DNA of 64,000 nucleotides from Macrostomum lignano (lineage: Eukaryota), in assembly GCA_002269645.1 (NCBI GenBank), contig NIVC01001116.1, forward strand, positions 1 through 64,000, in the 5' to 3' direction. Both the position numbers and the translations under genes were made by a program. This document shows positions 47,901 to 61,016 of this stretch, piece after piece. The notes under the pieces were generated by a model. It had not been told where the DNA came from, searched no databases, and was given only the letters and a program-made list of their open reading frames with translations. Each line of letters opens with the position of its first letter. The first letter of the stretch is position 1.

Positions 47901-49613
47901 ACATGTTGTTTTATAGATCTAAAGACACTCATAGAGATGTCAGATGTTGCTTCATAGATCTCGAGACACTTAGGTGTTGCTTTAGAGATCTAGAGCCCTC
48001 TATAGACACTGCTTTATAAATATATAGATATATATACATATACAAAGTACATATAACATATACATATACATATAATAGATATTGTCCAGAAAATTTATAG
48101 ATCATCTAATAGATACGATTTATTTCTATGTCCAATATTTCTACTACCAGTAGTGTATCGAAAAAATCGTTGATTTTTATCTTCATGTACGTGATATTTC
48201 GCTATTTCTACTAAAAGTAATTTAATAGTAAAATGCTAGGTAGAAAATGCTACAGACTGCTCAATTTATAACAGAGCACGCACTCACCTGGCAGACTAGG
48301 AAATCCAAAGTCGGGAAATTCCCGCCTCAGCAATTGATGCAGGCTAGCAAAATCTGAGTAGCGATGCGAGCACAGGTGCCTGCCAGCCATGTACACATTG
48401 AATACCACGTATTTTTCGTTATCCACCTCAATAGCCTGACAGTCAGGAATCGATACGGGCAGGGTTCGCTTGTCCGAATAGTCTATGGCGCTGCCACCCG
48501 ATGAGGTGTCGCTTGGCTCCAAGCAGGGGTCGCCGGGCGCGCCGACGCCGCCGCCTCCGAAGCCACCGCCGCTACCGCCGCCGTTAGGCACGGAGATAAC
48601 GGTTAGAATCAGCTGGTCCCGTCCGGACTTGATGAGATCCACCACCTGTGTATTGTATTATTGTGTATGGTTATATTTGTTGTAGTAAATTAAGAAACAG
48701 AGGGGGCGCCAGATACAGAGGGGGTATCAGCTACATAAGGGGGGGGCATCAGCTACAGAGGGCATCAGCTACAGAGGGCATCAGCTACAGAGGGGGGCAT
48801 CAGCTACATAGGGGGGCATCAGCTACAGAGGGGGCACCAGCTACAAAGGGGGCACCAGCTAGAAAGGGGGCATCAGCTACATAGGGGGGGCATCAGCTAC
48901 AGAGGGGGGCACCAGCTACAGAAGGGGGCACCAGCTAGAAAGGGGCATCAGCTACAGAGGGGGGCATCAACTACATAGGGGGGGGCATCAGCTACAGAGG
49001 GGGCATCAGCTACATAGGGGGGGCATCAGCTACAGAGGGGGGCACCAGCTACAGAGGGGGCACCAGCTACAGAGGGGGGCACCAGCTACATAGGGGCATC
49101 AGCTACAGAGGGGGGCACCAGCTACAGAGGGGGCACCAGCTAGAAAGGGGGCATCAGCTACAGAGGGGGCATCAGCTACAGAGGGGGGCACCAGCTACAG
49201 AGGGGGGCACCAGCTACAGAGGGGGGTACCAGCTACGGAGGGGCAGCAGCTACATAGCGGCCATCAGCTACATATGGGGCACTAGCTACAGAGAGATAGA
49301 GTAACATGAGAATGCATAAACCCTTCACCTGCTTGTGAGTGGAGCCTTCCACATTAACGCCATTCACTTCAATAATTCGATCGCCTTTCAATAACCCAGC
49401 CTGGTCAGCAGCGCCGCCCGGCAGAACAGCGCTAACGTGCTGCAGAGGAGCGAACAGTTCCCCATTGATTGACCTTAATTGTCCGCCCTCAGTGACCTGA
49501 CCGCGAACGTTAAAACCGAAACCCGTGTCGCTTTTATTAATAGCTACAACTCTCGGCCTCAGGCCGCCGCCCCCGCCGGCGCCAGGCCGGAAATCTTCCT
49601 CGTCATCCGACAT
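44972..49613 (-). CDS. SNX27: Sorting nexin-27 (PDZ-PX-FERM-like); exons 49613-49329, 48645-48288, 47307-46778, 46075-45845, 45166-44972; 532 aa
   Basis: [51 protein letters not shown]; [21 protein letters not shown]; [26 protein letters not shown]; GT-AG phase-compatible joins total 1599 nt. Confidence 0.93.
45290..45825 (+). repeat. About 35-bp minisatellite (GGAAACCGGAAGTGAGGGATGCTGAAG...) in SNX27 intron 4
   Basis: Visible tandem units. Confidence 0.9.
46200..46770 (+). repeat. Minisatellite (AAAGCTACAAAGACCACTGATTAGATAC...) in SNX27 intron 3
   Basis: Visible tandem units. Confidence 0.9.
47395..48010 (+). repeat. About 37-bp minisatellite (GATGTTGCTTTATAGATCTAGAGACACTTAACTTGTA) in SNX27 intron 2
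   Basis: Visible tandem units. Confidence 0.9.
48705..49290 (+). repeat. 18-20-bp minisatellite (GGGGGCATCAGCTACAGA) in SNX27 intron 1
   Basis: Visible tandem units. Confidence 0.9.
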
Positions 49614-49929
49614 GCAATAAAAATTTTACAGTTTATTATCATTTGCACTACTCATAGTAGATTAAAATAGTAAAAAATAGTAATATTACGGACTAGGAAT
49701 AACCACGCCCAAAATGAATTGAAGCAGATCGGGATCTAGGCATTTTTCTATTCAGAAAAGGACTAACCATTTGCTGATTTTCATTTTTAAGCGTAAATGC
49801 GATTTTCAGGGACAAATTAGGGCGTTGGCAAAGTGCCAAAGTACATTTAAGCACAGCGAGATTATCAAGGTTTGAAATAGGGTCAATTATTCTATAAATC
49901 AATGAGCAATGGCACTCCATGAGATAAAT

Positions 49930-50290
49930 TAGAGATTCCTGACAGATGGATTAGTGAGAGATTCCTGACAGATGGATTAGTGAGAGATTCCTGACAGATG
50001 GATTAGTGAGAGATTTCTGACAGACGGATTAGTGAGAGATTCCTGACAGATGGATTAGTGAGAGATTCCTGACAGATGGATTAGTGAGATGTTCCTGACA
50101 GATGGATTAGTGAGAGATTCCTGACAGACGGATTAGTGAGAGATTCCTGACAGATGGATTAGTGAGAGATTCCTGAAAGATGGATTAGTGAGATGTTCAT
50201 GACAGATGGATTAGTGAGATGTTCATGACAGATGGATTAGTGAGATTCCTGACAGATGGATTAGTGAGATTCCTGACAGATAGATGACAG
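49930..50290 (+). repeat. 26-bp minisatellite (GAGAGATTCCTGACAGATGGATTAGT)n
   Basis: Visible tandem units. Confidence 0.9.
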
Positions 50291-51189
50291 ATGACACAGC
50301 TAAAAACTAACCAGGGGATTTACAAAGTCAAAATGACAAAGATTCCCATCTGCTTTCATTCAGCTGCCCGCATGTGCGAGTGTGATGAAAGAAATCTTTG
50401 ATTAATAATTGATGACTGTTGATTCATCTGGTTTAAGAGAGAAAAATGAGCAAATTGTCAGTGAATTTGATTGCTAATGGATAGGTCCGCTGGTCATAAA
50501 TTATATTCTATCCAGATTTTAGTTACTAACAAAAAGCGCAATAAATATTTTTTGAGCATTGCGCCAGGGTGCCCACAGCATGTCTGCAAATATTGATTAA
50601 AAATAGAATCATTCATCCAATCATATCGACTCTTGTCGATTGATCTTGGGTCTGTCAAGAAACTGAGAAAGGAATTTGATGCTTTAAACATTGATAACAA
50701 ATACAAAAATGGCATAAAAACTTGGAAAAGCAACAAACCAACCATATTATAATATCAAGTTGGATAGTGTTGTAGACAGGTCTCTGCCAAAAGGTCTTAA
50801 AAGTGAAATTTACCTTTTCAAAACTGAGATTTTTTCAAATTGTTTTAAATAAATAAAAATGTTTCTAATACTATACACATGATCCCATGGAATGACCTTT
50901 TGGTGAAATATTTTTCAAAGCACAAAATTTTCTATCATTGCTAGCTTTAATGTCTTATAATTGGCCATAACCTATTACTTTTTTATCATATTCTATATAC
51001 CATAGTTAAAATCTTTGATACTAATTAAAAGTAATTTTTAGAAAGCCTGGCTGGCCCGCAACAATAAAGAAAATTTAATAACCTATTGCCAGAATTGAGG
51101 CAACATTACTTGGGCATATCAGCCCCAAAATAGAACATGGCATTGCAAGCAGTTAATCTGACCTGCTGCTAGCATCAAGCTGATTGGCA

Positions 51190-53340
51190 AGAATGAGCAA
51201 AAGCCCAAATCCAGCAATGGGATCAAAGCATACATGCGCAACCTCCAAAATTTGGTCAGCCATGCGACTTAGTTTTAACAAAATGCGACATAGTTTTTGG
51301 CCAAAATGCGACTTACATGTAAAAAAACCCTAGCATAAGTAGCGTAAAGCAAAATTAACGCTACTTTGAGTAAACGGCAGGAGTAACTATGACTGTCTTA
51401 TTAAGTATTTTTTGGGTATTTTTTGGGTGGGCATTTTTGCGACTTCCTTGTTTGGCCGCCAAATTGGTCGGCCGGATTGGCCAACTCGGCCGACTGTTGC
51501 GCATGTATAGATCAAAGGCCCCTCAATCAATATTGCCTACGAGACCAATGACAAGCCAAGGAGCAGGAGCCACTATTGTGACTACAAGTACCAGTCAGTT
51601 CAGCCTTCTTGGGCTATAGATCCCACATCTTAATCTAGCAACAGATACTATAAATGAGTTTGGCGCATTGCAAGCAACTATTTCGAGGCAATGGGGGTCA
51701 AGCTAAGCAAAGCGGACAGCCCCAAAGTAAAGGCACAGAAATCTGCCCATTGCAAGGCCTGCATTCTAAACTCTTTCTCTGCTACAACATTCAACAAATA
51801 CAAAAACCTGCCCCTATCTGTGAAACAACTTCGAGACCCGGAATTGGTCATCAAGACTCTATGGGAGCACCTACTTGAGCAAGTGAACATCATTGTTAAG
51901 TGCAATTAGTTCTAGACTTGTTAGCAAAAGGATGGCAAAACATTCTCTAACTATATAATAGAATTAAGAGACTTGATGAGGACTCAGAAAGTCCTCAAAG
52001 ATCTAGATATGGTAAAATGCCTACTGGCTCAGCTAAAAATCAGTCTCTCCAAGGCAATTACAATTTGCCAATCTGAAGAAGCATGCGTAAAACAGAGAGA
52101 CAAAATTTGCAAGTCTTCCAATATGCACGCATTGAAAATGTTAGCCTACAAGAAGACAAAGCATCCTGGATTGGCAAAGGGCCAAGCATTCTCTAACAAT
52201 CCTCAATGTGGCTACTGTGGCAAGTCCAAAGACTGCGGTGAGCCATGTCTAGCCAAAGACAAAATTTGTTGGCACTGTGATAAGAAAAGGTCACTACAAC
52301 TGAGTCTGCCATTCAAAGACAATGCCAATGCTGATGCTCCATCAAGAGCACCTATAGATTATCTGACTTAACAAGATAGGCTAGCAGAATCAGCAGACTT
52401 TTATCTGTCACAATTGCTTATCATGATGCTACAAAGTGCGGAACTAGACCCTAGCTTGCGTAGAGTGCAAGAAAACACAGCTATTGATCAGGATCTGCAG
52501 GACCTAAAGCAGCACATTACAGATGGATTTCCAAATGACAAGGCCAATATGCCCAACAATGTGCAACCATTCTAGAATGTGCGCAAAAAGCTTACTATCA
52601 AAGATGGGATCATCTTCTGCGAAAGTCAATGCATTGCGCCATGAGCTTTGAGAAAGCAGGTTCTTATATAGCTACACTCAAGCCACCAAGGAATTACCAA
52701 GACAAAACAGAGGGCTAGAATGGCCTATACTGGCCAGGCATTGACCGAGACATTGAGAGCACTATAAGACAATATAAGTCATGCCAGGAACACTTCCTGT
52801 CACAAGTTAGGGAGCCCATGAGCACATTAAATCTACCAGAATGATGTTTTCAGCACATTTGCAAATTTCTATGAATATGCCAACAAAAAGTTCTTAGTAA
52901 TTGTGGATGCCTATTTTGGTTGGCCATCTCTATGGAACTTTGGTGATTGAGCACCAACTTGTAAACTCATTAATTCATGTCAATAACTTTTCTACTATAC
53001 ATCAGTGCCTGAAAAACTTTGCTTAGACTTTAGTCCTCAATTTAAAGCAATAACTTTGTTATTTTTTGAGTTGCTGGAGAGTGCAGATTCAACACATATC
53101 TCTTTATCATCATCAAAGTAATGGCAGAGCTGAGGCTACTGTCAAGAGCATAAAGAAAATTATACGTGAAGCATGGGATGACCGTGCAAATGACATTGAC
53201 AAAGACAAGTTAGCACAAGGCTTGCTGCAGCTGCGTAATACTCTGCTGTATGATGGTAGAGTGCCTTCTATTATGATATTTGGACACCCAGTATAGGATA
53301 CTTTACTAGTTCACCAAAACAGTTTTGCCAAGGTTTGGAA
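51190..53340 (+). mobile_element. Heavily degraded, internally deleted Ty3/Gypsy remnant (gag zinc knuckle and integrase pieces; no RT seen)
   Basis: CGYCGK...CWHC knuckle; LHSSHQGITKTKQRAR (integrase HHCC region); HHQSNGRAEATVKSIKK...LLQLRNT core; many stops. Confidence 0.7.
51229..51509. mobile_element. hAT-type MITE, copy 1
   Basis: TIR CATACATGCGCAAC...GTTGCGCATGTATA; 8-bp TSD GATCAAAG. Confidence 0.85.
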
Positions 53341-53509
53341 GGATAAGATCTACAAGATAGCCATAGTCGAGAAGGTGGCACAGTGTGCGCCAGAACTATT
53401 TTGATGCCTTTTGAGCACTCTGCGCCGTGCACCATGAAGAAAAGATTTTGTGCGCCGCAGCGCGCCATGATAAAGTAAGTCTAAGGTAAGGTAAGGTAAG
53501 GTAAGGTAT

Positions 53510-54504
53510 TATGGCAGGCGAGTTGCCACAAAGAATTGATCAGATTTGATGAAATTGAACTTTGGGACATGAACATGGCGCACGTGGAGTTCCCTAGCTT
53601 TGCTTTTGCATCACTCCCATTGCAGTGTGTCTTCGCCCCGTTCCATGTATTTTGTCGCATGTGGCGGGATTTCTCTTTTAATTTTGTTTTTCTTAAGTGT
53701 TGGATATGCTGTACCGTCTCATGTCCTTCTCCGTGTATTTTTGCCCCAATGCATGTCCACTCCTTGGCCATACTGTGTGGTCCAAGCCCCTTTTGCCTAT
53801 ATAACTCGCAATGAATTTTGCATGAGGTTTTATTCTCCCTCTCCCTTCCCCCCTTTTTGTTTGTGTTTTCTTGGCATTTTAAGTTTTGTTTAGGCTTGTG
53901 TTTAAGTTTAGTTTTCCTTGTTTAGAGTCCTTAACGCTTTCTCTTACTTTTATTTCTGGTATCTTATATCTTGTGTTTTCAAGTCACACCCCCATCTTCA
54001 TCAAAGTCGTTCGTCATTAATTAATATTTAACATTTGCTTATTAAGCCTGCTTTAATAAACTTAATTCAACTTAATAAACTTAGTAACTCCAATTTTTCA
54101 ATATCTATTCAATATCCAAAGCCATAGTATATCTTAAGTCATTTGCCCGTGGGGTGTAAAATAACCAAGTACTCATCTCAAAGAAAGCTCTGAGACTTAT
54201 TTGTTCTGTAATACGTAAATTATGGTGGTGGCAGCAACTACCCTATTGAAAGTAATCAGCTCGACAACCCTACGCATCAGTTTACGGAGTCAGAAAATCT
54301 CCAGTGCTTCATCGCTTTGAACGACCGCGCTGCTACACGACTGCTCCGCTACGATACAACTACTCTCCCCCTAGACTTGAGAACCTGGCAGTCGGAGAAA
54401 AAGGAGAAATTTTCTTGTTGAGTTTCATCTGCGCGATTTTCCAGTTTATTCGTGCGAACTCAACGTTTTGGCGGAATTTCAAACAAGGAATCCGCCCTAC
54501 CTCA
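53510..54504 (+). repeat. 5' LTR
   Basis: Matches 62706-64000 apart from substitutions and the MITE; ends ...CCTCA before the PBS. Confidence 0.9.
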
Positions 54505-54633
54505 CTGGTGTCAACAAATTATTCAAACCGAGTATTCAAATAATTAATTTCTCCACCCCACCTCACTGGTGGTCAGCTAAGTGGGATTACAAAATGCCGA
54601 AACCCCTTCAACGAGTCGTTCAAGTGCTATACT

Positions 54634-56283
54634 ATGGCTTCAACTACTGATCCAATGGCCGCGGACGCGACAGCTGACACCGCAGGCCCCGACAACTCAA
54701 TACCACAACCGACCTACAATGAGATGATTTGGGCGGTGACCAAGGAGGTGCGTCGGCGACTGGAGCAGACAAGCCTGGGCCAGCCGCGACACCATCATCA
54801 CGTGTATCAGCAGCCCCAGCAGCCGGATCAAGCTCCAGCGCCGAAGCTGGTCAAGATTCAGTGGTACACGCCCAACCAGGAATTTGACGTCTGGATCAAG
54901 GCTCTCGAAGAGCAATGCAAGCTCAACGGGATCGTTGACAACAGACGAAAGAAGGCGGAGGTCCTAGTGAATTTGGACATCGCCACAGCCTATCCTGCAG
55001 TCGTCAGGATGGAACTGCCAGAGAATCTTACTTTTGGTGAGTTCAAACAACAATTGTCTGAACGTTTCACGCATGTTGCCGACACACTGTAGTACCGGGA
55101 GCAATTCTGAAGCTGCCAGCAAGGCAAGAATGAGAGTGTGGACAACTATGGCGACCGACTAATTGCTCTGGCCAATCGAGCGTTCCCGCATTTTACCCCA
55201 GTTCAAAAGCAGGCTGAACTGGTGGATCAATTCACTGTGGGAGTGCGGATAGCTCAGTTGGCCCAAGAACAGCTCATCCTGGTGCAACCGCCGAATCTGA
55301 CTGCAGCGAGACGGGCCGTGCTACGCCTGGAGACAGCAGCTAGTCTGGCTCAGCGTGTAGCACCGCCGCCAGCAACGAGACACGTCCGGGTCCTGGAAGA
55401 TGACGACAGTCAGACGCCCACTGCGGTGCAACACGACGCCAAGTCATCTCGGCCCGAGGAGAACTGGTTGCGTGAGGTCATGGAACAACAAGCTGAGACT
55501 CTGCAAGAGCAGCGACGCCTATTAGAGACATTGAGCAATGAGATGCGAGAGTTCTACTCGCGGGGATTGCGCAATAACAACGCCCCAGAGCCATGGGAAC
55601 CTCGTCACCAGCTATGGGACTCGTGGGGCCAATGCTCCAGATGTTTGGTGCCTTCGACTCCTCCTCGCAGCGCCGACGGAAGCGCTTAGTTTACGACGCC
55701 CGGCACACGAATTGTGCAAAATGACCAGTTCCAGCAACTTTAGCAACCACGCGATGGCAGCAACCCGCCGCCGAGAACGCCGCCAGCAGGTCAATGTCGA
55801 CATCAGCAGCTGCAACAGCCGCAGCAGCCGCAGCAGCAGCGGCCATAGCAGCAACAATCGAGTTTGAGGCCGCCGCCTTATCAGCTGCGGTGGCAGAATG
55901 TGATGTGCTACCGGTGCAACCGCGAGCATTGCGCCAACAAATGCCAGTATCGCGCCCGAGCGAAACAGCAGCTCGGGAAATGGGACGGCTGGACGCAACA
56001 TCGGGGGCAGCACCATCCAGCAGCCGAGCCAGCACTAAAGTCCCCGCCGCGGACTTTAGTCGCTCAGCAGGCCACTGCTAAGACCGCCTCCGCCGCACCT
56101 GTACAGCCATTTGCACCCAAGCAACCTCGGAGAGACCCGTTTCTAACTGGTGAGATTCAGGGCCGCTATTTTGCTTTTCTGCTTGACACCGGTTCCAAGT
56201 GCAAAGTCCTAGGCTTCAGCACCTGGCACCGACTATGTACCAACGACCCGACCCTGCATGGCCAAATCGAGCCCTGCCTGTAA
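54634..56283 (+). pseudogene. Gypsy gag and aspartic protease, with stops and frameshifts
   Basis: FDVWIKALEEQC...QQGKNESVDNYGDRL capsid-type motifs; CYRCNREHCANKC knuckle; FLLDTGS protease. Confidence 0.85.
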
Positions 56284-59200
56284 TGTATCATGACCTACAA
56301 TAGAGAGCCTATTCAAATGGCAGGCCAGCTTTCTATTAAAGTAAAGATTGGTAATTTCGAGCCTACAGTCAAGTTTCTGCTAGCGAAGGGGTCGCATGAC
56401 AACATCCTGGGCTTCAAGTTCCTGGAGAAGTACAGCAACTCCCTGGATCTCGCTGCCGGGATGCTATTCTTCAAGGACGGCATTGCCGCACCGCTTTGCT
56501 ACATGCAAACTGAGGCCACCACGTGCAGAATCTACACAGCCGAGAGCACTACTGTGCCACCGCTATAATCAGCCTGAATTAAAATTAAGCTAGCAAAAGG
56601 ACGAGAAGAAAACCAGGGTATACCCGCTATGATTGAGCCGCTAAAACCGGCTTGGCGCGAAGAAGATGTGCAGCATCTGGACGCCGCGCCTGCCCTGATC
56701 TCCATGGCTAATGGAGAAGGCGCTATCGAAATGATTAATCGAGGAACAACATCGATCAAAGTATGAGCGAATGCCTTAGTTGGGATTGCTAGACCTATTA
56801 GACTGCCCAAGTTACAGTTCTTCCCACTGCTGAAGCCAGAAGACTTGGTCAATCAAATCCAAGACAAAGATCCTGATGCTTGGATCAAGGAGATTGACAT
56901 CAGCAAAGATCTGTCCAGTGACCAGCTAGCTCAAGTCATCGAGCTATTGAAGAAGTACAAGACCATCTTCTCTCAGGGGCCACACGATCTCGGCCGAACC
57001 CACCTGGTCGCCCACAGTATTGTGCTAAAGGACATGAATCCGGTGCATCTGCCGACTCGCCGGATCCCGCCGCATCTGCTACCCAAAGTGGACCAGCTAC
57101 TCGATGATCTGCTGGCCAAAGGCGTGATTCGACCGAGCTTTTCCAGCTACAACACCCTGCTGGTGATCATCCCAAAGAAGGACGGCAGCCTGCGAATTAT
57201 GCAAGATTTCCGGAGTCTGAATCAAAAGTGCAAGTATTTTCTATACCCGATTCCTAACATCCAAGAAGCATTCGCCAGCCTCGAGGGAAGCCAGCTATTC
57301 AGCACATTTGACCTCAATAGCGGCTACTATCAGATTCTGCTGCATCCAGAAGATCAAGATCTGATTGCCTTTGCTACGCTGCACCGCGGACAATTCGCCT
57401 ACAACGTCATGCCTATGGGACTAAGTTCAGCGCCAGCCAGCTTCATGCACCTCATGAATGCTGTACTCAATGGGATTGCCTACAAAAGTGCAATAGCCTA
57501 TCTGGATGACGTAATTGTCTACTCTAAGAAATTTAACGACCATCTACAACATATGGAAGAAGTTTTCAAATGGGTCCAAGAAGCTAATCTCAAGTTCAAA
57601 GGCAAGAAGTGCCATTTATTTCGGGCAAGTCTAAACTATCTGGGACATATGGTAACAAAAGATGGAATCAAGACTGACCCAGCTAAGATCAAAGCGATTA
57701 AAACCTGGCCAAGACCAAGGACAGCTCGCCAACTTAAAAGTTTTGTCTGCACGTGCGCTTACTATGCTAAATTTGTACCTGGCTATGCAGAACTTGCTGC
57801 TCCGCTCCACAATTTGATTTAGGAGAAGAAGATCCAAAATTTCAATTGTCTATGGGGAAAAGCCCCGCCAGACGCGTTCGACCAGCTCAAGGCAGCTATG
57901 ACTTCGACATCAGTGCTCGCGTATCCGCAGTTCAGCGAAGATCCAAACGTAATATTTGTCCTGGACACGGATGCTTCTGCGACCAGAATCGGAGCCTGCC
58001 TAAGCTAAGGCCAAGTGGATGGAGTTGAGCAACCAATTGGCTATTTCTCCCAGCGACTCAAACCGGCCGAAGCCCATTATCCAATTACCAAGCAAGTGCT
58101 CTTGGCAGTCATAGATGGAATGCGACATTTCAGATTCTACCTGCTGGCCAAGAAGTTCATCTGCTGAACCGATCATGCCGCTTTAACCTGAATTCTCTGA
58201 CGAACTCAGCAAGTAGGAATTTTTGGACGATGGCTACAGCGCCTCAGTGAATTCGAGTTCGAGATCCAGCATTGAAAGTCGAGCCAGCATCAGAACGCCG
58301 ACGGTCTCTCGCGACGTCCCGAGGATGACGCCGAATGCATTGAGGAGGCTCAGCGCGAGGCAGCTGATGAGGACCAAAGTAAGCAGCCAGCCGCGATAAC
58401 TGGCGCAGCGGCGCCGAAGGTCCCCGACAGCAGCCACCCTAGTCCTCCACCGAGCAAGAAGCAATTGACCCGCTGTCACCGACGAAAGCCGCCGATGAAG
58501 CCGAAAGAGTCCGACGGCGAGGCTATGCCGCCAGCAACATCGACAGCCGACAGCAAGTTGCTGACAATGCTGCACCCGCTAGCGACAAAGCCGAGGCCAT
58601 CAGCCAGCCATCTGTGAGACTCTCAGAGGTTGCCCACCAGCTTTAGTAGCACGACATGTTGCCCTTCAAGGAGCCGCCGTCTACTAGCTGGAGGCAACGA
58701 GGACAGCGACCACAGCGCAGCCAACGACGACCGCTGCCAACCCGCTCGCCGTCCTGTATTTAAGAAAGTGAGATTCAGCCTCAACACAGACAGTACTGCT
58801 GACTCATCCTTATCTGCTGATGAATCTAATGTCAACAATGACGCCCACGCGACCGACGAGGATCGGCCTTCAAATTCTTCACCAACCCTGCAACCGGCCA
58901 GAGTAGCAATTATGCGGAGGGAGCTCCAGACCCCGAACCATGCCGCCACAGCCGAAGCCGCACCGACAAATTCGACTAATCTGACTAACCGACGCCAAAC
59001 ATTGAACTTAACTGATCACATCCCAAGACCAGTCACACGTGAGGAGCTCCAGACCCATCAGCGAGCTGACTCCGCCATCGCGATGATGATCAACCTAATT
59101 GAAAGTCAACAACCGAAGCCACTGCTAAATCAGCGTTTGAATCTGACGAGAGATGAGAGAAATCTCCTAGCATTCTTTGAGCAATTGGAAGTCCAAGATG

Positions 59201-60533
59201 ACGGACTATTAGTCATTCATCTTGATGATGTTGGCGAGGAGGATAAAGTGAGGATCGTCTTGCCAAAGAGTCTTGACGCAGCCGTGTTTGCCGACCTGCA
59301 TGGTTCTCCCTACTGCGGACACATGGGCCGAGATCTCACCATTGCGAAAGTGCGCAAAAGATTCTGGCGACCGGCCCTGGCCAAGGCTGTGTCCGACTAT
59401 GTTGCTTCCTGCCAGACCTGCACTCAGAGCAAAGGACAGCGACGCATCCCAGTGCATGTACAATCATTTCTGGTCTGCGAAATCTATGGGCGATGTGCGA
59501 TCAACATCATGGGCCCCACTGGAGACCTAACAGACCGAGGCAACAAGTACATACTCACCTACGTCGACACGACGTCAAAGTATCCATTCGCCTTTGCCAT
59601 GAAGAATCAGCGGGCCAAGACAATCATAACTCTGCTGCAGGAACAAGTCTTCCCGATCACTGGAATCCCCACGTGGATCCATTCGGATCAAGGCAAGCAG
59701 TTCATTGGGCACAAGTTTTGGCATTTCTGTGAGGTCTATGGCATCTGACAAACCACAACGCTGCCATACTCGCCCTGGGCCAATGGACAAGCTGAATCGT
59801 GCAATAAAAACATCAAGAAGATGCTCACTTGTCTCCTCGAAGATCATCAACAGTGGGACAAGATGTTGCCAGCCGCCTTGACAGCCCTGCGATCAGCTGT
59901 AAACCACACGACGGGATTCTCGCCACACTATGTCATCTACAGAGTGCCTTATCGCTATCCGATTGATAATACCCTAGACTGCCTGGACGTATCGCCAGAC
60001 CTCCCCGAGTATATCGCGAAACACCAGCGCAGACTGGCCGAGACTGAGAGGATTATGCGACAACAACTGCGAGCTGAGATCCAACGCCGCGAAGAGTACT
60101 ACGAGAACCGGCCTAAGCCCGTGAAAAGCCTGGAGACCTGGTCTGCTTAGCCAACCCAAAGCTTGAGTAGGGCGAATTGCCCAAGTTCCACCGGCCATAC
60201 AAAAGCATGTACAAGGTCAGCAAAAAGGTTGGCGAAGTAGCCTACTGGATCCAGCCAGCAACAGCCCGATGTGGATGCCCCGCCAAAATGCTTGTACACC
60301 GCAACAACATCATCAAGGTGCCACAGATGATGGCCGACAGACCGCAGGAGCCGCCGCGTCAGACAGAGCGGCCAATGCTGCCCTACAAGTTTAGTGACAA
60401 GAGCGAAGTCGACCTAGGCAATCAGCCTGACCTGCGCGGCAGCCAATTGTTCAAGCCGAGCCTCCACCATCCGGAAGTGCTGCCCGAAGGTGATCCGGAT
60501 CTGCCCAACATCGGCATGGAGCTAGAGATCTAA
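56284..60533 (+). pseudogene. Gypsy pol (RT, RNase H, integrase), with stops and frameshifts
   Basis: FSTFDLNSGYYQI, MPMGLSSAP, AYLDDVIV; LDTDAS; HGSPYCGHMG...CQTC; HSDQGKQF; PKFHRPYK. Confidence 0.9.
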
Positions 60534-60699
60534 GGTAATTACCAACGAATTTGATATTGCGCCGAGTTGCTAACTTTTGATGCGCATTACTATCAGTAGT
60601 CACCTACGCATTTTCAATTTCAGTTTGCTGTAAGCTTTCTTGGCACCCGCTCTGTGCTGAAAGCAGATTTTTAAGTTCATTTTTTTCTATTTTTGCTGT

Positions 60700-61016
60700 T
60701 TCCTTATGCTTTCGGGATAAAAGCAGGCATCATTTTCAATTTTGCTGTTTCCTTATGCTTTCAGGATAAAAGCAAGCACTAATTTTAATTTCAATATACT
60801 TTCCTTATGCTTGAGGGTTAAAAGCAGTTGTCATTTCTCCTTATGCTTTCAGGCTAAAAGCAAGCGCTAATTTTAATTTTAATGTACTTTTGTTATGCTT
60901 GAGGGTCAAAAGCAGTTGTTAATTTTCAATTCTGCCAATGCCTTATGCTTTCTAGGATAAAAGCAGGAATCAATTGCTGTTATTTTGCCATTCTCCTTAT
61001 GCTTTCAGGAAAAAGC
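60700..61016 (+). repeat. Seven spaced copies of a CCTTATGCTTT-N6/7-AAAAGCA hairpin motif in the Gypsy 3' region
   Basis: Copies near 60702, 60751, 60803, 60839, 60893, 60941, 60995. Confidence 0.8.

Noticed and set aside
50340-51180. Minus-strand degraded transposase-like fragments (LTDPRS, DLLAETCL)
   Set aside because: Stop-ridden and no catalytic motif could be identified with confidence; needs a translated profile search.
53484-53509. (GGTAA)n tract as a regulatory element
   Set aside because: Short microsatellite, possibly a retroposon tail, next to the LTR insertion site; nothing further supportable.
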